A DNA stretch of 63,877 nucleotides, filler included. It is 7 parts of 7 records of this genome, joined end to end, with 100 filler letters (N's around TTAATTAATTAA, not from the genome) between each part and the next. Parts side by side here need not be neighbours in the genome. Positions count along the whole stretch, not along the records: positions 24,881 to 45,603 come from SRR20825019_1212; 6 more parts are not named here. The stretch is one strand, 5' to 3'. The notes under the pieces were generated by a model. That model saw nothing but the letters and a program-made list of their open reading frames with translations. It was not told where the DNA came from and made no database searches. Shown here in pieces: positions 30,362 to 43,920 of this stretch (its first letter is position 1; every line of letters begins with the position of its first letter). The position numbers were made by a program, and so were the translations under genes.

Positions 30362-31465
30362 CGGAATACTGGGAAAGTCAACCAACGTAACAGCATTCCA
30401 ATAAGGGCAGCCGATGTTCATCTTTGTCGCGGTATCTAGTTCCCGCAAGAGTGGTAGCCTTGCGGCAGCGAAGAACCCCTAGTGTCGAAGGTTTTTTCGG
30501 ACATGGACGGACTACAAACTTACGGCATACCACGATTCCACTAAGGATCGTATATCACATCATCCTACTGGCGAGCCTGGCTGCGACGATGGTGGTCTCG
30601 GTTGTCTGGACACTACAATGCACTTGATAAGTAAAATCAGATCAACCGGATTAATTTTGTCAGTTTCACAGTCACACGCAGAGTACTCTGTCAGGAAGAA
30701 CGATAGTTTCGAGTTCGCACATCCGATCAGTTGTCGTGTGAATTCAAACCGCGGGCCGGCGTGGCAGGACGAGCGGCCACACAGCCTCATGAGGCAGTCT
30801 CGGCTGCAGCGCGCCTCGGGCGCCGTAGTAGGCTCGCCCCCTCCGCTGGGGCCGGGGCGGCCGGGCTGCTGGGGCGCCCGCGGGCCATGCGGCCGGCAGC
30901 CGCGCAGCGGTCGGGGACGACTGTTGCAGTCAGCGGGGCGGCCCGCCCCGGCGGGGCGCTCAGCCCCCGAGGCCCGGTCGGCGGACCGCAACCCGGGGCC
31001 CGGCGGAGGGGCCGGTAGGGGCGACTGGCGCCGCGCTGCACGGGGCCATCTGTGAGTCAACCGACGGCGGACAGAAAGGCATTGGCCTCCCGGCTCCGGC
31101 TCCCCGCACACCACGGCGCCCGGCCTGGCCAGACGGTTGCGGTGCCGCTACGTGCCGGCACAAGGGGTATCCTGGGTTCTAGCTCAGCTAGGGCGGCATC
31201 ATTTTGCAACCCGGCTTGGCGCTGAGAGGGGTGACTTGCAGGCTGGCGGAGCTTGTGGGAAGTTGACAAGGGCCACCGCCAAACCCGCCGTCCCCAGCTC
31301 CGTCACTCCCACCTGGTTTGGTTGGCTTTGTACGGTGAGGCTAGCAGTGACAGTGATCGTGAGGAATCCACAGCACCTCTGACAGGTGTGGTCCGAGGAG
31401 GACGCCCACAATACCTTCTATATACAAGGAATTCGCGCTTACAATGTGGAAGAGGTATTGCACTC

Positions 31466-34400
31466 ATGTCCAGAAGTTGTGGGGCTTGTGCCGGGGCCGG
31501 CTGCGCGCAGTGTGGTGGGGGCAAGGGACCCGCTGCCCCTACCGCGCCCGGGCTTGTTCATGCACCACCAGTTGTGTCTGGAGCCAAGCCAGCACTGACT
31601 GGCTTGGGGTTTAATTTGGCTAGTTACATAGATGAGAACCTTCAAGAGAAGAAAAAAGACGAGCAAACACCCCAGCCTTCTCCCAGTGCCTCAAGGTCGA
31701 CTTCGGTGGACAGCGCTGTTGCCCCAAATCGTAGTATGATGTCGTCACCTGGCGGTCTTTTGAGACAAGGGAGTTTGGCAGAGAGTCGGTACCAGACATC
31801 TGGAATGGTTGGCTTCGGGGGTGGCGGCGACGAGACAGGGCAGGGACGAGCCGAGGAGTTGCAAAGCCCCATTAAGAGCGGACAGAACAACTCTGAGGTG
31901 GCTGTACGGCCAAGCGCTCTGTCTGTCAATTCACCTGGACCGGGCGGGGACGGCCTATCAGTCCATATGCGAGACCTAGATGATTCTGTCGTTGTAGACG
32001 AAAGTCAGCGACTCCACTTTGAAGCATCTATGACCGGGAGGGGACCTTTCTATCAAGAGAGACAATCTGTGCCTGTGACTCCGCGAACATCTGAGAAGGA
32101 TCACAAGAAGCTTACTCAGATTATTCGGCAGGAGATGGAATCCGCTGTTGGACGGTTGGCCGAGAAGTCGAAGCCCGCGACGAAGAAGTCAAAGGCGAAG
32201 GACAGATCAGCCAACGTTATCAAGGTCGGTGACCGCATAGTCTTGCACACGTCATGTAAGCTTGCAGAGACAGAGAACGAGAGCGATGTCCCTAGCCGGT
32301 CCGTAAAGACTGTGGCGGGGATATTTGCCGCGGATGGATTTATGGCGGATTTTTCCTGTTGGTTGGATGGACTCGTAGTGGATGAATATACTGAGAGTGA
32401 TGAACCGCGCGTGGTATCTGGCAATGGGTCGAAGCGCTACGGGAGAATGGTAAGGAAAGCATCGACTACCCTTGATCTCGACAATGATGGAGAGGATCAC
32501 ATGGATGATGTGGATATTGACGCCATTAAGTTGAGGAACGAGCTGAAAAGATTGGATGCCAGCATGTTTCCCAACATCAATGATTGCATATTTGAGATCA
32601 CGGCAACAACGCGAGCCGAGTCTATCCAGTCGCATAGCCTCGGTGCTAATGATGCCGACCTGTGCGACCTGTGCTCCTCCGATCTTATTTCAGTGGGCGA
32701 CAGCGGCTATGACTACGTTGGTGAGGAAAATTTCAAATTCTGCGCGTCATGCTTTGAGGCGGACCTCTTTCCGGCCGGCATCGAAAAGGTGGACTTTATT
32801 AGGCGTAGGTTATCGGTCACCGTCCCCTACCATGTCACGCAGGAGAGGAAGCAGGGCCAGCCGATCATATATGGCTCGTGCATCCAGTTGAGGCATGTGG
32901 CGAGCGGAAAATACCTGAAGGTTGGCGAGCGCATCGCCAATGCCAAGGATCATCACATGGAGGTGCTATTGGAGACGAGACCTTCGCTCCACTCCTGGTT
33001 CCAAGTGGTGCCCGCCCTGCCTTCTAGGGGTGACGGGGATAGCTTGGGCTTGAACGATGCCATATACCTGATGAATTATTCCTGGAATCGCTACATCGGA
33101 GTCAATCTTGAGGGTGATAAGCACCCTGTTCCTCCTCGTCAGCATAGCGGTAAGGCGGAGAGGATGCGCATTGAGATTGGGGGGTCGGTCAGCAACCATT
33201 TATGGAAGGTCATGCCAGAAAAGATGTTGGACGAGGGTTCACCACAACCCATTGTTGAGGAAAGAATTAGCTTCGGGGATGCTATTCGCCTTTACGACCG
33301 CAATCTATCCCGCTTCCTTGTGGCGTCGTTGGGGACTGCCCGGGAAAACCATCAGGACCGCGTATTCTTCACAGAGGGAACAGAGGAAAGCTTTGTTGAT
33401 GACTGTGACCCAATGTCCTTCTGGAGGATCTTGCCTGTTGATGTTCAGTCCATTGGAAATGCGACTGAATACAGCCAGCAATATCGCATCCTTCACATCA
33501 TTTCAGAAAAGTTTCTTGCTGTGAAGCATTATATGAATGATGGCGTCGAAGAGAAGGCTCTGACGCTGGTGAGTGTACCGAACAATGAGGAGGAGAACTC
33601 CTTGTTCTCATTCGTAACTGTCAACTCGACTGCGGAGAAATCTGGCAAGGTCGTGACCTTCGGGTCACTAGTGCTCATCCGCCAAACAGTGGCGGGCACT
33701 CAAAATGGCTTCAAACATCCTAACAAGTTGAAGTTGTCGGAAAAATACCAATTCCTCGGAGATCAGGGAGAGCAAATGAATGCCGGTGATATTATGGCTG
33801 CGATGGAACCCCCAACGGAGACAGATAATCATGTATTCATGCCGCTCCCTGTTCCGGAGTCCAACTTGAAAGATATATCCCGTGTTTTGAGTGGGCAGCG
33901 ACTATTGCGAGCATATTATTTTCGGCTGAGAAAGATGGCCAACGAGAAGTCCTTTGAAAGCAACATGACCAAAGATATTCGCCTTGCAAAGGCTTTAGCC
34001 CAGCTCATTACAATGTGCAGCATTGATGATCAGACCGACGTGCTTAAGCGCAGGGGAATTCCGGTGCATCCGCGCCAAAACCTCATGGCGAAGATGGAGG
34101 TCGTTGACTTGTCTTTTGATATCTTGAATTTGCTTCTTGAACTTGATCAGTGCGTATTCGTATATGAGGTGGCAAGTATGCGCAAGAAAAGGAGGAGGAG
34201 CTCGCCCCCGGATTCATTCCGCTTTGATCAGGATAATGTTGTTCAAGTACTGCTGCTGCGCTTCTTGGTGCAGGTGGTTCGTCAAAACAACGACATGAAG
34301 AATGATATTCGAGAGAAAGACATTGAATTGATTTATCGCCTTGTGGGAGACGGCTTTGGGGCCACGGCTGTGCTGACAGAAATCAATAGGGATTGTTACC

Positions 34401-37400
34401 AGCATTTGTATTCGATTCCAGAAAAAGGTCTTGCCCAACTCAAGGCGCGGTTGGTCAATTCTGCCGGATGGGAGGACGCTGAGACTATTAATCTAAAGGA
34501 TAGGATGTTCCGCCTCATGGAAGCATTTTGCACATGCTATGATGTTCCTATCGAGCTAAACCAGCATAGTGTCCTAGACCTGCTGTTGGCTGAAGTCCGG
34601 AACATTCCTCAGACCAAGAATGATTACTTCGCCGTGGACTGCGAGAACGAGGGCATGACCCAGTTTGTTGATGTGATTTTGGACATGCTCACTGCGTTGT
34701 GCGCTGGAGGGTTCAGACCGGGCCTTGAATATGTAAGCAAGATTGGTCTTCACCCCAACAGTACCATATCCTTCCTATCTTCATGCCTTCCTGAAAAAGG
34801 AGCCACCGAAGACCATGTCAAGAAGTTCAACTCTCCCATTGCGTCAAGTTTGGCCCTCATGCTTGTTCCGACACTTATTGAAGGATTCTTGATTCCTGAT
34901 TCACCTTCCCCTGTACATGCTCTATTCAAATATGATCGGCACAGCAAGCACGGTGTTTGGGTCACAGATATTTTGGGAATTGATGATGAGGGGAAGTGGA
35001 ACAGCGATACATCTATTCTTTCTCTCCACTCTTACATATTCAGCTTGCGGTGGAAAAGCCTTGGGGCCCATAGTGACAAATACCGTGACAACCTCAATGC
35101 CCTCAAGAACTTGGTCAGGACTGGTATAGCCCGCTGTCTTGAAGAAGATGCAACGATGGACTACACTGAGTATTTGCTGGCTATGCTGAATTTGCTTTAT
35201 GAATTGGGCCGGCATGGTGTGTATTCTTGTGATTTCAAGAGTATTGTGTATGGCGGTGATGCGAGTGACATGAGCCTTAAACAATTTGACGAGTTCTTGG
35301 ACGAATGGAAGAGTATAATTGGCAACATGACGACAATAATGGATGTGGATTTTTTGAACAATGCGAAGAAAGCCCTGAATGACGAGGCACAAGATGCTGC
35401 AATCCAAATTCTGATTGACCTTAAGCTCAAGGCTATCGAGATTATTGGAATCTATTATGATGAAATGACTCACTTCCGCATGAAGTCCACAATGAAGTGC
35501 GATGAATTAGGGGGGCTGGAGTCACAGAAGCACATGTCCGAAAATGATGTGATAGTAGAAGAGGATCCTGCCGATGCACAAGTGCGAGAGCGACTGACCG
35601 AATTGATCAAGGAACAAAAAGAGAGCGAGATTTTGAATTCTGCTTTCCATCTTCTGACTCGTCAAGCGTCTCAGATGGGCGAACTGCTCGAGTTTTCGAG
35701 GGAGGCGCATTTCATGGTCACATGTGAGAGTCTACAGCTCTTGCATACTCGGCTAGTTGACGCCATTTTCGATATTGATTCCAACGTAGGCAACATGCAT
35801 GATCCCAAGATATCCATAGAAAAGACAAACTCCATACTGGCCTCATTCCAGACAATCCAGTGGTTCCTGGACACAGGGCTGCTGAAGGAGGCTGCTTCGG
35901 ATTCTCAGACGCTGCCCAAACAGGAAAGGCGTGAGCTGCTTTTCAGTCTTAATGTGCACACAGTCCTAATTAAGGTTTTGAAATCTCCATATCCGGACGG
36001 GGGTGCCCCACGATCTCCAAGGAAGGGAGAAGCACTCCATCGCTTCTTTTCGTCGTGCTACTTCCTTTTGACTTCGCTTGCGACGAATTGCCCGCTCCAT
36101 GGACGAATCCTGTTTGAAGATTTCAATCTTTTCCTTTCCCACTTGAACCTGAAGTGCGGCTCATCCTTCCTAATTATGGAGATTCTGCGTGACGATTATG
36201 CAGTGTGTTCACGGGTATCTGAACGCAACGTGGCCGACGTCCTTGACGCTATCACGTCCGAGGGCCACCAAGATGTTTACCTCGAAATCTTGGAGACTAT
36301 GGCCATCGTCAAGTCCAACCCAATCGCCATCAACCAAGAGCTCATCATGCGCTACCTTCTGAAGTCGTGGCAAACAACGTTGGTGTTGTTCAACTTTCGG
36401 TATCCAAAGGGCTCTAAGCCCAGAAAACCATTGCGGGAGCGCCTTGAAGATTATTATGGTCATTTCAACACCATGTCTCGATCGGAAGCCGCTGCGGATC
36501 GGACAATGCTTGAACTTTCCGCTGAGGACCACGCGGAGCTTTTGCGTCACTGCATGGATGACCCCATCGAACGTTATGATTCTAAGGCGTTCCACCGGTA
36601 TGTTTATGAGTCATACGAGGGCGCATTCGAGCAAGAGGTAAGTCACATTTTTGGTATATTCGCTGTGTGTTATTCAAAATCTGACCCCTGTATTTCCCCT
36701 GACCAAATAGGAATCGGGTTACTCTGAATGGGCAAGCAATCTATTGTACTATCACTCGCAGCTTCTCTCCCTCCTTGCCCGGTTGGCTTCGGGAGCGATA
36801 TACTCTATTGAGGCCCAGTGCCGTGCTTTCTTCCGCTTGGAGGACATGCTTGCGATTCCGTGCATGCAGCAGGATATTACCAAGAACCTCGACGTATATC
36901 TCATTGTTTACAAAGGCTCTATCCTAAGGTTCATCACGGAAGTATTCTTGAATCGTGGAACATCGGATAACGACAAGGATGAAGAGAGCGATATTTTGCT
37001 AGAAGAGTTCGATACCGAAAATGGGAGGGGTGCTTTAAGGAGTATTGTTACCGAACTATCCGAAATTTCTGTGAACTCTATGGACGCATTGTGTAGCAAG
37101 AAAGACATTTTTGACTATCTTCACCAGTCAATCATCCCATTTGTGAGCTCTCTTATCGACAACCACGACTTCTTAAGCGTTAAGAACCCCATCATTAATG
37201 AAATCCTTGACGCGGTGGCCGTGATTAAGGACAAAACACACCATTTGACTGCGCCAGAGGATGATGATGAAATTGCCGGAACTGCAGCGAAGGTAGTCAT
37301 GTCCAAGGAATCTGAGAAGAACACGATGATGAGGTCGCTCAGCCAGGAGATGCTCGGTTCTGTAACAGAACGCATGGATACAGTTTTGAAGAGCCGCGAT

Positions 37401-40400
37401 GATGATGTGATAACCCCGGAAGATGGTGGTTCTGAAGTGAGGACAACGCGGCCACGGCAGAATCGTAAGCTGATGGGGGGGCCAGGATATGGTGGTGAAA
37501 AGGAGAAGATGGAACTTGGGCTCCCGGACGGCATGAAAGAACGCACGGCTTCTGCGATGAAGATGCACCTCGACGCCAAATTCAATGATCAAATTGAAGA
37601 TATTGATGTTGAAATGCTCAACATTTACCAAATCATGAACGGATTCTCTGATTTGATGTCGCTTCAATCGATTCCAAGCAAGAGGGAGGGGGCCATCAAC
37701 TCCAAGTCATCGCTTGAAGTATTTTTGTCCCAAGCATCTCAAGAGGAAATGACAAATCTTGTGAGGGAGGTGTTCTATGACCGTGAGGAGGACTACAAAA
37801 CTCGAGTGCGCACGCCAGGTGAAATCAACATGAAGCTGCTCCTCCGACAAATGTCATCAAACAGTATGCGCAGTACTGTAATGTCATTCCGTATAATGCA
37901 GAATATCCTACTCCTCGCAAAGACAGAAATGGTCAATCCCAAGAAGCCTCACTTGCGCCAGCCCTCTCCGAAGGAACTGGAGCGCGTGCAGAATAAGTTC
38001 AATAGTGCTGGTGCTAGCAAGACGGTACTCCGCCTAATAGGCAAGGCCAAGGGTCGGATTTTGGAAGAGGCGTTTGCGTTTGCGAGGGAACTGCTTGCAG
38101 GAGGGAATCGCTCTATACAGAAGAGTATGTACAACTACATGAAGAATACTGGCGACAACTCCCTGTGCCGAACGATGAGCACCAGATTTACTCGGGGCAT
38201 TCGCGAAATTACCGATGAAAGATTGGGTCAGCTCGATGACAGAGATTCGAGCGATAATTTGCTTGGTGACCATTTGAAGAGGACACATACCTTGACTAGT
38301 TATGAGGAAATCTTCGATGCGTCTTACGTGAAGGAAACGTTGAAGCTGCTTCAGTCTCTGACGGAAGGCCACTATGCGCCCCTGCAAAACTATCTTCGTG
38401 ACCAGTTGAACTTGAATTCCTACAATCTGCTTCAACAGACTGTGGAATTCCTCAATGTACTAGAGCCTGTCTTGGACATTTCCATGGAATCACTCCTTCA
38501 CCAGGGCAGGATCGTTATCCAGGATCACCTCGATGACTTCAAGAGTCCGGCCGTGACGGGTTTTGTTGAGAAATTGGAGTATCTTTTCGACTTTGATGAG
38601 AGCGGCAAGGTCGACTACGAATTCAATCGTCAACTTTTGCGCCGCGTCGTCCGAGTCACCGCAGGGGAGAATCTTGGCCTAGAGGGGAAGAAAGATTACA
38701 CGGAATTGACGAAAAAGCTCGTTTTGAAGATGAGAAGAGACGTGCTCGGCAAGACTAAAAGCGATAGCGGCAATGCGGGCTCCGCTAGACGAAGGGGCCT
38801 TTTCCAAGTACTGAATTTTTCCAAGACGAAAACAACCAAGGTGGCACCGGAAAGTGGTGGTGATGTGCCTTTGCAGGTTGTCGTTGCTGATAATCATCTT
38901 ACTATTGGTGAAGGCGGCGGCGGCGGCAGGAAAAAGAATCCCATTGTCACACCTATGAGTGTAACAGCCAAGAAAGATGCCAAGCCGAATCATCAAGCTG
39001 AAGAAGACAAGCCTCCATTTGAGGAGACAATGCTACGGAGGCGACTCTTGTGGCGGGTGCCCAGGTCAGAAGCAGCCAAGAAGGCTGCCGACCATCGCGA
39101 ATCCGAGTTCCAGGTGGACTTTGTGTATTCAAAGGTGCTGCAATCCTATCTGCGGGAGTATGCCGGGGAGTATTTTATCAGGACTGGCAGCAGTGTGATT
39201 CAGGCGCTTGTAGAGTATACGCAGGGGCCTTGTAAGGCGAACCAGAGCATGCTCGTGAACAATAGCAATCTGTGCGAAATTATCAACAAGATCCTGGGAA
39301 AGGACATCGACACGGTCGAACCGAGCGTTGTGGACGACCTCCTACAGCTGAAGATTGATACGGCCGCCCTACTCCTGGCTTTGTTGGAGGGGCAGAAGGA
39401 TTCCTCGGTTATCAATGTATGTGTCTGATGAGCATCTATTGCGGTTTGATGGTTTTAACGAATTCGCAGAGAATAATGGGAGCAGTAGACTTCAATTCGA
39501 CTATCAACGATCACTTCCGTACAGTGCATAGGCACTACTTCGTGGAGGAAGTGTTCCAAGATCTGGCCGAGTCGAGCGATGAGTATGAAGTTAAACGATA
39601 CGAGAAGCGGTTCAATGACCTGGCATTCAAATACGCCATCATTGTCAAGAAAACCATCGATCATTTTTACGATTCCAAGGACATGGTTAACTACTACAAA
39701 TTCAAAGCAATCTATTCTGAGCCGTGGTTTGAGCAGTTGCGTGAAGAAATTTTGGATCCGCAAATTGCACGAGTGGAGATCATCCATAAGAGCCCGAGCG
39801 GAGACGAGGACTTAGAGAGGGTGTACTTCATCAAACCCCGCGTATACACGACAATATGGCGCAAGCCGATCATGAGAGAAGCTAAGCTTCACCTCCTGGA
39901 TCACGTTAAACGCGAGGATGATGAGAAGCTACCCGACTTCTATCGGAGAGCTAAGAAGCTCATTAACAAAATGAAGCATCTGATGCTGCTAAACTATCCT
40001 GCGGTTCCCAACACCTGGCTGTCCGCCGGCGAGTCTGTGGACAACTATGAGCTCTTAATGGATGGCCTGAGGCGAAAGACCGGATTCAAAATGAGGTACA
40101 AGGGGCTACGCAAGCTTCTCGCAGCGTGGGAGTCGTATGCACGAAACTTGCTGGTGTGGCTTACACTGATCATCAACGGCATCGTGATTGCGGTGTACGT
40201 GAACCCTGACACGGATGCACGTGACAATGATACAAGCCCTGATTTCAAGTATGACTCAGCCAGGATATATTTGTGGGTCCTAGCCTCCTTCCACTTTATT
40301 CTTTCATGTATTCGTGTCGCTGGTTACATGATCACCACTGGAGAGATCAATGCCAACACACAGATGCAGAACCACATGGAAATGGAGAAGAGCCTTGAGA

Positions 40401-41546
40401 GCATTGTGGAGATGGACGAGATGGAGGAGCATTCGGACGAGGAGTCCGAGCGGAGCGACTCTGACGATGAGAGTAGCGATACAGATGAGCCCAGGCTCAC
40501 TCGGCATCTACGCGAATATCGCAGTAGCAGATGGGCAAGCCTGGACCAGCTTCTCCTACGGTCTGTATGGACACGCTGCCTTTCAACAAAGGGGGGGAGC
40601 GCGCTCCACCGTGTGGTGAATAATGTGCTGCATTGGCTTCATCCACTAGGAATATTCCGTACGTATGTGCTCTATAATCGCACTTCCGCGAGTAGTAGGA
40701 TATGGTACCCGTACTACATGATGAGCGATATCACTACTTTGTACCACGGATTCTATCTCCTGTTTTCGCTTCTTGGACTCGTCGGATCACAGTACTTCTT
40801 CGCGTATGAATTCCACCTGCTAGATCTGATTATTTACAACAAAACTGCACGCTCTGTGCTCCGCTCTGTAACCAACAACACTGGACAGCTGCTGCAGACT
40901 GGGCTGGTGGCTGTGCTGCTTATCTATTTGTACGCGACTATAGGCTTCCTCTTCTTCAGGAACGACTATGATGAAAACGAAACCTTCAATTGCGACACCT
41001 TCTGGCAATGCATCACGACACTCGGCAAGTCCGGTGTTATTAATGGCGGGGGCATAGCAGAGGCAATGGCAGTCATTCCATTCGACAGTACAGAGTTCTA
41101 CACGCGCTGGGTATATGACGTGACATACTTCCTCTTCTTCGTCATCATCTTGCTGAATATTACCGCTGGTATCATCATCGACTCCTTCGGGGCTCTCCGT
41201 GACGAACAGAAGGAGATTCACCTGGACACGGTTGGGAGGTGCTTCATCTGCAATCGTGACAAGGATGTCTTCGAAAGGACCAAGAAGGGATTCAACCATC
41301 ACGTCAAGCATGACCACAATCTATGGAACTACATGTTTTTCATTCTCTATCTTATGGTGAGCCCGCCCTATTGATGTGCACAGTTTCCCCCCACTAACCA
41401 TACACGAATAGGAACGCGACCGCACTGAATACACAGGTCAGGAGTCTTACGTCGCGAAGCTGTTGTTCAAGGCAAAGCCGGACTTCTCATTCTTCCCTGT
41501 CGACCGTGCCATCATCCTTGACGAAGAGGAAGACGAAGAAGATTAA
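31466..41546 (+). CDS. IP3 receptor/ryanodine receptor-like Ca2+ release channel, about 3299 aa; exons 31466-36637, 36711-39416, 39470-41356, 41412-41546
   Basis: MIR-like YGSCIQLRHVASGKYL, LTEGHYAPLQNYLRDQ, EYTQGPCKANQ, pore GGGIAE, IIIDSFGALR, CFIC..H..HNLWNY, EYTGQESYV. Three phase-0 introns (73, 53, 55 nt). Confidence 0.92.
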
Positions 41547-41587
41547 AACATCCCGTCCTTTGCTTATCGCTTAGAGAGCGCTTCTTA

Positions 41588-42441
41588 TCATGCTTCCAGA
41601 TTTAGAACCACCCCCTTTTCAGCTGCTGTTTTCTCGAATTTGGAGCCCACAGCCTTAAAGGCCTTGGCTACGCTTGGGTCATATACTACGAACTCGCACA
41701 CTTCAAGAGTATTTTCTGGGGAAGCTACGGCCATGAAGTCGATCGTGGCAGCATATGCCAGTTTCGCGCTGAGAGCAGCAGGCCAGCCGCGAACTCCCGT
41801 GCCTAGTGTTGGGAAGGCAATTGAGCCCGCCCCTAGGTCTGACGCCTTGAGCAGGGCACGCCCCGGAAGCTGATAGGGTTTTCAGAATACCAGTGGTATG
41901 GTATGGTGATAGTGGAGAGCCACGCCCCCGATCCGTCTGAGATCGCCACCCGGTACTTCCTATACTGCGAGATCGGTGATCTATACTGCAGCGACAATAT
42001 GATGTGGTTCGAGTCTGAGGGGTCTTCCCATATCTGCTGCGGCCAGCACTTGTTGGCATCAAATATATTGTCGCTCGTGGGCGAGGGCGGCTCGTACTGT
42101 GCTCTGGTCCAAAGGACGGTCTCAAGGTCGGCCGACCACCTCCTAATATTGATAGCAGTGTTCCACCCCCGGATCCACAGACTCCTGCCCGGTAGAGTCC
42201 TCAGGTTAGCCGTCATCAAGAACATGACAATCACGGTCCCGTCCGAGTGCACATCCGGCACCAGGTGCATCTTCTCAGAGCCAGCTGTGCCCTACTGCTT
42301 GAAGTCCACCGAAGCCACGGAAGATTTCCCTCCCACCACCAGACCTCCTAGCACAACCACCAAAAGAACGAACCAACGGGGCCCTTCGCCCAGGGCACTG
42401 CTCCAGTGGCCCTTGACACCCCCCGCGCCGCCGTCGCCCAT
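41588..42441 (-). pseudogene. Disrupted reading frame: signal/TM-bearing N-terminus, in-frame TAG, then after a frame change a macrodomain-like C-terminal fragment
   Basis: ATG at 42441 ..WFVLLVVVLGGLVVG..FKQ*GTAG continues in frame into the 145-aa ORF. Another frame from about 41870 gives RALLKASDLGAGSIAFPTLGTGVRGWP..CEFVVYD, stop at 41588. Confidence 0.45.
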
Positions 42442-43920
42442 GTCGGCCCAGTGACTGACCCGCCGACTCGTCTTGGGGCGCTCTAGTCGGCCGTCAGATA
42501 CAGGCTTTGCATATATCTGGCAACAGCCGGCCGGGGAGGATGGGGCGGGGGGCGCGGACTAGGTGACGGTGCGGAAATGGACCTCGTGCCCAGCCAGGCC
42601 AATGTGGATGAGTCATGGATGAGTCATCGCAAGCCGGGCTGAGTCTCTGCCAGCAATACGCGGCTGGGCGGAGGGCCAGCTTTGGCCGGGCCCGACGGGC
42701 GGGCTCAACGCTTCAGGCTCGGCTCAGGAAGACCACGAGGAGAGGTTCGGGAACCGTCGGTAACATCGGAATGTTCGTTAAACCCAGTCGATCTCCATGA
42801 CATTGATTGATGCGTTGATCAGACACTCGAGGAGGGCACCGTCGATGACGGCGGGCACGCTCAGAGAGGTCCAGAGTGGCCTACCCAGGCCCCCCACTCC
42901 GAACCGAACGCCGAATGCGAAACTGTAGCGAAGAGCTCAACTTCCTTACTATCGCAATATCAGTTTATTCATCGTCAGGCGTGGACTGCTGCTGCATAGC
43001 CTCAGCGTCACCTTTAGTCATACAGTGATTCGCCCATGTTCCACAAATCAAACAAGTCGTCATCCTGTGCGCAGCGCGCTGTCAGACACAAGATCCGACA
43101 GAAGGGCCCGGCACACACCTGGCGCCCCATCGGCATACACCCACATCCATGAACCACTCCGTCAAGAACTGGCGAAATGCTCACATCAAAGCCTTCTTCG
43201 TCATCGTCGTAATCATCTCACCCCTGTTTGGGGTCATACATGGTCATACTCTGGAGTCGGACGACAGTTGTGTATGAATTACGCTGTTCATACTGCAGTC
43301 ATACCAATCCTCAACATTAGGAATCCTAACTTATGGGCTACCGGGACGCTTTCAGTACAACCAGACAAACCGGTATTCTGGAGGGTTGTCACAGGGTTGG
43401 CAACCCTGTGACCTGGGTTGGTTTATGATGCCGCCACCGCGGCTAGTCCGTCACTTGTCGAGTCGTGTTCAACCAGCCGCCCCCATGACTCAAGCCCCAC
43501 CGCGTGGGATTGACAGTGACAGCGTGTCGGGAGGCATGGGCGGCCCTCACCAATCAGTGGCTCCACCAAATTCATGATTACTTCAACTCACTTGCTTAGG
43601 AAACTCGCGCAAACCGGGCCTGACCGGACCCCCGATCAGACGGTCAGGTACTACGCTCCCCACTACCACTGCCGTACATTCTGGCGACTGGCCGGTGCGC
43701 CGGTCGCCGCCGCGTAAGGTGGCGTGGCCGGCCCGGGGCGGCCGGCTGCCAGGGCGCGGGGCCACCCCAATGCGCGCCGGTCTTTTTCTGGAGTCCATCA
43801 GTGAGCCACTGGCCCGCGCAGTCATGGGCCTCCCTCTATTCGGAGTCTGCTGGTTGCTTGGCACAGGGGCGCATATATATGGGAGGCTCGGTGGGCCACT
43901 TGGCACTCTGCAAACGAAGA

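Noticed and set aside
42780-43600. Possible small multi-exon gene on the minus strand (acidic peptide fragments)
   Set aside because: Could not build a phase-consistent exon chain or recognise a domain.
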